From Bacillota bacterium (GTDB taxonomy: Bacteria > Bacillota > Clostridia > Oscillospirales > Ruminococcaceae), in the NCBI GenBank assembly GCA_023440965.1, contig JAEZRC010000002.1:70302-134301 (forward strand): a stretch of 64,000 bases of DNA, read 5' to 3'. The notes beneath the pieces are model-generated. The model had not been told where the DNA came from and searched no databases. It saw nothing but the letters and a program-made list of their open reading frames with translations. The position numbers were made by a program, and so were the translations under genes. This document shows, in pieces, positions 57,682 through 64,000 of this stretch (the first letter of the stretch is position 1; every line of letters starts with the position of its first letter).

Positions 57682-58398
57682 ATGAAAATCAGAAAAAGTT
57701 ATGTAGGCGTTGTTTTCACATTAGTGGTCGGATATTTTCTGGTCTATTATGCAATGCACAGCATAGATGTATACGTACCAGTGTCAACCCCACAGGCTAA
57801 TGATAATTTCGTTATTGTACTTGATGCAGGGCATGGTGGTATGGATGGTGGCGGAACCAGCGTAAACGGTGCTCTTGAAAAAGATATAAATTTAAGCATT
57901 GTTTTAAAGGTCCGTGATATGTGTGAATCCTTTGGATATAAGGTAGTTTTAACCCGCGATACCGATAAATCAATTCACGACGACGGTGTTAACGGTGTTA
58001 GAAAGCAGAAATTATCTGATATGGATAATCGCCTTGCAATTTTCAATAAATATGATAATTCAATTAACCTATCAATTCATCAGAATTTATACACACAGCC
58101 TCAATATAACGGAGCACAGATGTTTTATGCAAAATCAAATCCAATAAATGAAAAGCTTGCAAGAGTTATGCAGAGTGAATTTGTCGCAAAGATTCAGCCA
58201 GATAATAAACGTGAAACAAAGGAAGTCGGCAAGGAACTTTATCTTTGCTATTTCACAAAGAATCCTTCATTGATGATAGAATGTGGCTTTCTTTCTAATC
58301 CTGAAGAAGCTTCAAAGCTTGAAACTGCAGAGTATCAGAGTCAGGTAGCATTCACAATCTTCAGCGGAATTAATAAATTTTTAAGTTCAAATAAATAG
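57682..58398 (+). CDS. cwlD: N-acetylmuramoyl-L-alanine amidase CwlD (spore cortex muramic-lactam formation)
   Basis: 238 aa. N-terminal TM helix. Amidase_3 motifs (VLDAGHGGMDGG, ECGFLSN). Size and architecture of CwlD. Confidence 0.8.
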   Translation: MKIRKSYVGVVFTLVVGYFLVYYAMHSIDVYVPVSTPQANDNFVIVLDAGHGGMDGGGTSVNGALEKDINLSIVLKVRDMCESFGYKVVLTRDTDKSIHDDGVNGVRKQKLSDMDNRLAIFNKYDNSINLSIHQNLYTQPQYNGAQMFYAKSNPINEKLARVMQSEFVAKIQPDNKRETKEVGKELYLCYFTKNPSLMIECGFLSNPEEASKLETAEYQSQVAFTIFSGINKFLSSNK

Positions 58399-58413
58399 TA
58401 TAAGGAGAACAAA

Positions 58414-59796
58414 ATGGCCGGGAAAGTAAAAAGCGTTTATGTCTGCAATGAATGTGGTTATCAAAGCCCGAAGTGGAACGGAAAATGTCATAATTGTGGT
58501 GCGTGGAACAGCTTTGAGGAAGAAACAACTGTTGTTACCTCTTCAAAAGCTTCTGCTTCAAAAGTAATTGATATCACATCACAGATTATGGAGCTTTCAG
58601 AAGTTGATACACTCATAGATGATGTCAGATATTCAACAGGAGTAGGCGAACTTGACAGAGTGCTCGGTGGTGGTCTTGTTAAAGGCAGTCTTGTACTTCT
58701 CGGTGGTGAGCCTGGCATAGGAAAATCAACGCTTCTTTTACAGATTTGCGAGTATTTCGGCAAGGATAACAGTATATTATATGTATCTGGAGAGGAATCT
58801 GCACGACAGATAAAACTTCGTGCTGACAGACTCGGTGTTACAACAGAAAATCTTTACATACTTGCACAGACTGATGTACAGTCAATCTGTGATGCCGTTG
58901 TTAAGAATAAACCTGGTATAGTTATAATTGACTCAATCCAGACAATGAGCATTGCTGAAATTTCTTCAAGTCCGGGAAGTATCACACAGGTTCGTGAATG
59001 TACAAATATGTTTATGCGGACAGCAAAATCCGAAGAAATACCTATGTTTATTGTCGGTCATGTTAATAAGGATGGTGCTATCGCAGGACCAAAGGTAATG
59101 GAGCATATTGTTGATGCTGTTCTTTATTTTGAGGGACAGCGTAATATGAGCTACAGAATTCTCCGTGCTGTCAAGAATCGTTTTGGCTCAACAAATGAAA
59201 TCGGCGTTTTTGAAATGGTGGATAATGGACTCGCAGAGGTTGAAAACCCATCATTGATGTTATTGTCAGGAAGACCACAGAATGTTTCAGGTAGCTGTGT
59301 TGCCTGTGTAATGGAAGGCTCACGTCCTATATTAGCAGAAGTTCAGGCACTTGTTACAAAAAGTGGTTTTACTACTCCGAGAAGGACGGCAACAGGTTTT
59401 GATTTTAATAGAATGGCAATAATAATTGCTGTTTTGGAAAAACGACTTGGCTTTTATTTTTCAGCACTTGATGTATATATCAATATTGTCGGTGGGCTCA
59501 GACTTGATGAACCAGCAGCTGATTTATCAATAGCCCTCGCTTTATATTCAAGCCTTACCGACAAGCCTGTTGACGACAAACTAATAGCTTTTGGTGAAAT
59601 CGGCCTTGGCGGTGAAATCAGGAATGTTTCCCACATTACCCAGAGAATTAATGAAGCACAACGACTTGGCTTTGAAAAATGCCTTGTTCCAAAGCAGTCA
59701 CTTAGTGCGATAAACAAGGAAAAGTATAATATTAAAATTGTTGGTATTAATTCACTAAAACAGGCTTTTGATATTGTAAAGAATAATAAAAGTTGA
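58414..59796 (+). CDS. radA: DNA repair protein RadA/Sms
   Basis: N-terminal C4 zinc finger (CNECGY...CHNCGAWNS). Walker A GEPGIGKST. KNRFG motif. Lon-like C-terminal domain. Confidence 0.95.
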   Translation: MAGKVKSVYVCNECGYQSPKWNGKCHNCGAWNSFEEETTVVTSSKASASKVIDITSQIMELSEVDTLIDDVRYSTGVGELDRVLGGGLVKGSLVLLGGEPGIGKSTLLLQICEYFGKDNSILYVSGEESARQIKLRADRLGVTTENLYILAQTDVQSICDAVVKNKPGIVIIDSIQTMSIAEISSSPGSITQVRECTNMFMRTAKSEEIPMFIVGHVNKDGAIAGPKVMEHIVDAVLYFEGQRNMSYRILRAVKNRFGSTNEIGVFEMVDNGLAEVENPSLMLLSGRPQNVSGSCVACVMEGSRPILAEVQALVTKSGFTTPRRTATGFDFNRMAIIIAVLEKRLGFYFSALDVYINIVGGLRLDEPAADLSIALALYSSLTDKPVDDKLIAFGEIGLGGEIRNVSHITQRINEAQRLGFEKCLVPKQSLSAINKEKYNIKIVGINSLKQAFDIVKNNKS

Positions 59797-59873
59797 AATA
59801 ATAATTAACTAAATATTGACTTTAAAATAATAAAATGTTACGATACCATATATAATACTTTAGGAGTGGTATA

Positions 59874-60092
59874 ATGAGCAGACTTTTTAGTTCAAAGCCA
59901 AAATGGTTAGCATATACAATTGGAGTTATTCTGCTATTCATCTGCGGGCTTCTTTCGGTTTATCCGCTTGATATGGTTTTAGCCACCGATAATTATTATT
60001 GGTTGTTAATATACATACTTGATGCAATTGTAATAGCAATATCATCTCGTTATTGGACTATGCTTGTTAAGGAATCACACAATGATATATAA
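59874..60092 (+). CDS. small two-TM membrane protein
   Basis: 72 aa with two hydrophobic helices. GGAG SD. Confidence 0.45.
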   Translation: MSRLFSSKPKWLAYTIGVILLFICGLLSVYPLDMVLATDNYYWLLIYILDAIVIAISSRYWTMLVKESHNDI

Positions 60093-60098
60093 ATAATC

Positions 60099-60134
60099 AA
60101 AAGCTCTTTTCTGTTTATTTAGAAAAGAGCTTTT
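60099..60134. terminator. bidirectional intrinsic terminator
   Basis: Perfect 14-bp stem AAAAGCTCTTTTCT-gtttattt-AGAAAAGAGCTTTT. Confidence 0.85.
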
Positions 60135-60150
60135 ATTGTTATTTGATATT

Positions 60151-61500
60151 TTACATAGTCAGGACACTTTCAGGTGATTCAAACATTATCAGAATTTGCT
60201 CTTCATCATTAGTCTTGGCATTTACATACACAAGAACTCTTTGCCCTTTTCTGCTTGAACATAAGAATTCATATGTCAGAACTTCGTTTTGTCCACTTGT
60301 CGGAATAATTGCAAGCTTTGTTTTTTCGACAGTAAGAAGAGGTGAAAGTGATTTTTGCGCATGTTTTGCTGATATAATAGAATCTGGTATGGTTCTGTTA
60401 TGGTGATTTACTATAAATCCGCGCCCGTCAAAACCAAGAATTTCGCCATTATCCATAGCAACAGAAACCTTTATAAGATCAGTATAAACTGTTACATTTT
60501 CATCAAGATAAGCAAAATTTATTGTGCAGATATTATCGACAGTTTCATAATAAGTCGTTACGATATTTTCGTATCCTTTGTTGAGTAGAAATGCAGTGCC
60601 GGTCGAAAGTGCATCGTTAATCGTTATCCTTGAAGTATCGACTCTTCTTGATTTCATCATATAGGAAACATATCCGCCAGCTTTTGTTATGCCGATATAT
60701 GTGTTTTTGCCGTCATCAAAACAGTATGACGGCATTTTTCCTGCCTCGTCATTTCTGTTTTTGAGCTTGTCAGCAGATACACCAGTGAATTCACTTGCTG
60801 TCTTAAGAGCCTGAGAAAGCTCAACAGTTTTTACATTTTTAAGCAGTTCAGGTTGTCTGTCAAGAATATGATCTGAAAATGGTCCGTCGTAAATCAGTGT
60901 TGGATACTTGTCAATGCCATCCTCAAAGCTTTTGAAACCATCAGTTATGCTTGGTGTCTGTGCAGTCTTTTTGTCATACAATAAATCACCGGTTTCCTCA
61001 AAAGTAATAAGACCGCTCTGTACCTTTTTTTCTAAGTCCCACATCTGTTTCGAAAGCACTTCTGAATAGTCATATAGCTGTGCGAGCTTTACATATTCGT
61101 CAAGTGTCAATACATCACCGTCTGTTGCTTTTTCTGAAACTGAAACCGAATAGTTTCCAACCTGTGAAAGGAATCGGTTTATGTTATCGGTCTGAGTGCC
61201 TTTTAAAGGAAGTGATGATAAAGCCTGTTTTGCGTTTGAGGCATCACTCCAGAGTTTAGCTGAAATGTTAGAAAGCTGGTTTGGAGTGCCACAGTAAATC
61301 CCCTTTGATAAGGTGTTTTTTATATTATCAGTGCTTGTTGCAAGCTGTTCAATATTTCTTAAATAAACATAATTGAGCTTGTTTTTTGAGCCGTTTGATT
61401 TATTGATATTAATAATTGTTAGAGCAATAAGTGCTATAATTATTGCCGCAGAATAAGTAATAATTCTGATAATACTTCGCTTTGAAAGATATATATTCAT
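60151..61500 (-). CDS. ypeB: germination protein YpeB-like (PepSY domains)
   Basis: 449 aa. N-terminal TM anchor. Length and layout of YpeB with C-terminal PepSY-type repeats. GGAGG SD. Confidence 0.7.
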   Translation of the reverse strand: MNIYLSKRSIIRIITYSAAIIIALIALTIININKSNGSKNKLNYVYLRNIEQLATSTDNIKNTLSKGIYCGTPNQLSNISAKLWSDASNAKQALSSLPLKGTQTDNINRFLSQVGNYSVSVSEKATDGDVLTLDEYVKLAQLYDYSEVLSKQMWDLEKKVQSGLITFEETGDLLYDKKTAQTPSITDGFKSFEDGIDKYPTLIYDGPFSDHILDRQPELLKNVKTVELSQALKTASEFTGVSADKLKNRNDEAGKMPSYCFDDGKNTYIGITKAGGYVSYMMKSRRVDTSRITINDALSTGTAFLLNKGYENIVTTYYETVDNICTINFAYLDENVTVYTDLIKVSVAMDNGEILGFDGRGFIVNHHNRTIPDSIISAKHAQKSLSPLLTVEKTKLAIIPTSGQNEVLTYEFLCSSRKGQRVLVYVNAKTNDEEQILIMFESPESVLTM

Positions 61501-61644
61501 TAAAAAACCTCCGCATAATAATTAGAAATAGTATTGCCTTATTAAACCATTTTATCCATGAATTATTGATAGGGTAGCCAAAATTATTAATTTGTAGTAT
61601 AATTAATATAATTGGCATTAATTAAGAGAGGTTGAAATGCATTT

Positions 61645-62778
61645 ATGATATATCTTGATAATGCTGCCACAACGAAACCAAGTGAGCAGTCTGTATCAGC
61701 AATAATGAACATTCTAAGCAATAATTTTGGTAATCCCTCAAGCCTTCACAGACTTGGTGTTGAGGCTGAACGGGAAGTCACAAAAGCACGAAAGATTATA
61801 GCAGCAGCTTTAGTTGCCGACCCCGAATGTGTGTATTTTACATCAGGAGCAACCGAGAGTAATAATCTTGCTATAAATGGAATAGCCGAAAACTACGGGA
61901 AAAGAAGAAAGAAAATCATTACAACAGCAATAGAGCATCCGTCCATCACTGAGCCTATAAAATGTCTTGAGGAGCTTGGCTTTGAAGTTGTCCGTATTCA
62001 ACCTGACCCTAATGGTGAAATTGAATATGAATCAATTATTTCTCAGGTGGATGACAGAACCTGTATGGTGTCCTGTATGCTTGTTAATAATGAAACAGGT
62101 GCAGTATTACCAATAAAAAAAGCCTTCACATATATCAAAAGAAATTTCCCTGAAGTAATTACTCACTGCGATGCAGTTCAGGCTTTTATGAAAATTCCAT
62201 TTAAGGCAAACCAGCTTTTTGCTGATGTAATTTCAATCAGTGCCCATAAAATCAACGGGCCGAAGGGCGTCGGTGCAATTTATATTAAGAAAGGCATAAG
62301 AATTGCCCCACAGATGAACGGTGGCGGACAGGAAAAGAAAATTCGCAGCGGAACAGAAAGCGTTCCACTCATAGCGGGTTTTGGCGCTGCAGTTGAAGAA
62401 AAGATTCAGACAGTATCACAAAGACTTGATTATGTTCAGGAGCTTAAATCGTACTTTTTAGAGGTTGTTGATGTACTCAAAGGTATAACAATAATTTCAA
62501 GCCCTGACGCATCACCATATATCGTTAATTTTGCAGTTGAGGGGATAAAATCCGAAACGATGCTTCATTATTTAGAAAGCAGAGATATCTTTGTTTCAAG
62601 CGGGTCTGCCTGCTCAAAGGGGAAAAAAAGTGAAGTATTAAAGGCTTTCAATGTCAATGAAAAGCTTCTTGATTTTTCAATAAGAATAAGTTTTTCTGAT
62701 AAGAATACAAAAGAAGAAATTGACGCACTTATTGAGGCTATTGCTGACGGACAGGCTATATTGCAGAAGGCCAAATAA
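61645..62778 (+). CDS. class V aminotransferase-fold cysteine desulfurase (NifS/IscS/NifZ type)
   Basis: IYLDNAATT, SAHKINGPKG (PLP lysine), SSGSACS (catalytic Cys loop). Immediately upstream of thiI. Confidence 0.9.
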   Translation: MIYLDNAATTKPSEQSVSAIMNILSNNFGNPSSLHRLGVEAEREVTKARKIIAAALVADPECVYFTSGATESNNLAINGIAENYGKRRKKIITTAIEHPSITEPIKCLEELGFEVVRIQPDPNGEIEYESIISQVDDRTCMVSCMLVNNETGAVLPIKKAFTYIKRNFPEVITHCDAVQAFMKIPFKANQLFADVISISAHKINGPKGVGAIYIKKGIRIAPQMNGGGQEKKIRSGTESVPLIAGFGAAVEEKIQTVSQRLDYVQELKSYFLEVVDVLKGITIISSPDASPYIVNFAVEGIKSETMLHYLESRDIFVSSGSACSKGKKSEVLKAFNVNEKLLDFSIRISFSDKNTKEEIDALIEAIADGQAILQKAK

Positions 62779-62798
62779 AAAGTAAAAGGAAGTTATTA

Positions 62799-63971
62799 AT
62801 GAAAGAAATTATTCTTGCTAAATACGGTGAAATTGCATTAAAGGGATTGAATAAGCATACTTTTGAAGATACGCTTATAAAAAATATTAGATACAAATTA
62901 AAATTAATTGGTCAGTTCAATATTACACGTGCACAGTCAACTGTATATATTGAGCCGAAAACTGATTATATAGATATAGATGATGCTATTGAAAGGCTCC
63001 GCAAAATCTTTGGAATAGCAAAGCTTTGCAGAGCTGTTGTGATTGAAAAGGATTGGGATGAAATTGCAAAAATTGCTCCTGATTATCTTGAAGATGCACT
63101 TTCGGGTGTAAGAAGCTTTAAGGTTGTTGCAAGAAGAGCTGATAAGCGTTTCCCGATGAATTCACCACAGATTATGATGGAGCTTGGTGGAGTTTTACTT
63201 GAAAAATACCCTCATCTTAAGGTTGATGTCCATAACCCTGAAATTATAGTAACAGTAGAAATCCGTGAGCACAACGCTTTTATTCACGCTGATAATATTG
63301 ACGGTGCAGGTGGTATGCCGATAGGTTCATCAGGCAGAGCGTTGTTATTGCTTTCAGGCGGAATTGACAGCCCTGTTGCTGGATATATGATAGCAAAGCG
63401 TGGTGTAAAGGTTTCGGCAATACATTTTGAAAGCCCGCCATATACTTCCGAAAGAGCAAGAATGAAAGTTGAACGCCTTGCTGGAAAAATGGCTGAATAT
63501 TGTGGAGCAATAGATTTCTATTGTGTTCCATTCACAAGAATTCAGGAGGAAATCCGCAATAATTGTAATGAAGAATTCTTTACTATTATAATGAGAAGAA
63601 TTATGATGGAAATTGCACAGAAGGTCGCTGAAGAAAATAATCTTCAGGCACTTATTACAGGCGAAAGTATCGGGCAGGTCGCAAGTCAGACTATGAGTGC
63701 TATTGCCTGCACTGATGCAGTTGCAACAATCCCTGTGTTCCGCCCTGTAATCGGAATGGATAAGAGCGAAATTGTCATAACTTCAAGAAAAATCGATACC
63801 TTTGATATATCAATCGAACCGTTCGAGGATTGCTGTACGGTATTCACCCCAAAGCACCCAAGAACAAAGCCAGTTCTTGCTGATGTAATAGAGGAACAGA
63901 ACAAATATGATTTTGCTCCACTAATTGAACAGGCTATTACTGATACACAGAAGTACACCATAAAATCTTAA
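62799..63971 (+). CDS. thiI: tRNA 4-thiouridine(8) synthase ThiI
   Basis: THUMP domain plus PP-loop LLLSGGIDSPVA. 390 aa. Confidence 0.95.
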   Translation: MKEIILAKYGEIALKGLNKHTFEDTLIKNIRYKLKLIGQFNITRAQSTVYIEPKTDYIDIDDAIERLRKIFGIAKLCRAVVIEKDWDEIAKIAPDYLEDALSGVRSFKVVARRADKRFPMNSPQIMMELGGVLLEKYPHLKVDVHNPEIIVTVEIREHNAFIHADNIDGAGGMPIGSSGRALLLLSGGIDSPVAGYMIAKRGVKVSAIHFESPPYTSERARMKVERLAGKMAEYCGAIDFYCVPFTRIQEEIRNNCNEEFFTIIMRRIMMEIAQKVAEENNLQALITGESIGQVASQTMSAIACTDAVATIPVFRPVIGMDKSEIVITSRKIDTFDISIEPFEDCCTVFTPKHPRTKPVLADVIEEQNKYDFAPLIEQAITDTQKYTIKS

Positions 63972-64000
63972 ATAAATCTTAAAAAGGAGCAGTTGAAATG

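Noticed and set aside
1-64000. Scan for CRISPR arrays, tRNA/rRNA genes, transposases, integrases, phage structural genes and classical defence genes
   Set aside because: None was recognised. The repeats present are terminator hairpins, the operator pair, and the two short duplications described above.

Overview
Low-GC chromosomal segment from a Firmicutes/Clostridia-type anaerobic spore-former. Supporting genes are splB, spoIID, cwlD, ypeB, reverse rubrerythrin and several radical-SAM enzymes. About 60 genes are supported. Housekeeping genes include htpG, a clpC-like gene, pyk, citrate synthase, radA, thiI with a cysteine desulfurase, and copAZ. Other content: two peptide-antibiotic-type ABC modules with a two-component system, a chemoreceptor, a c-di-GMP pair (PilZ and a YkuI-like EAL protein), envelope enzymes (VanY, PIG-L+YfhO, DUF218) and many small regulators. 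I saw no rRNA, tRNA, CRISPR array, transposase, integrase or obvious phage/defence island. The best candidates for something undescribed are three. First, a WYL/YafY-regulated operon (two GyrI-like proteins plus an SPL-family radical-SAM 'DNA photolyase' paralogue) bracketed by two copies of a 26-bp palindromic operator. Second, a two-gene operon with a near-consensus promoter encoding an IscU/NifU-like Cys protein and a 'GGGtGRT'-motif protein of unknown function. Third, a membrane-anchored PIG-L deacetylase translationally coupled to a YfhO glycosyl-transfer protein. Other directly visible oddities: a perfect CIRCE operator on htpG; a PilZ gene bracketed by a decayed duplicate of the rubrerythrin 3-prime end and terminator; a 32-bp perfect palindrome before the PilZ gene; an MBL-fold gene frameshifted in a (TA)n tract; and an HxlR regulator with a CxxC tail divergent from copAZ. 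All functional calls come from motif recognition by eye. No database search was run.
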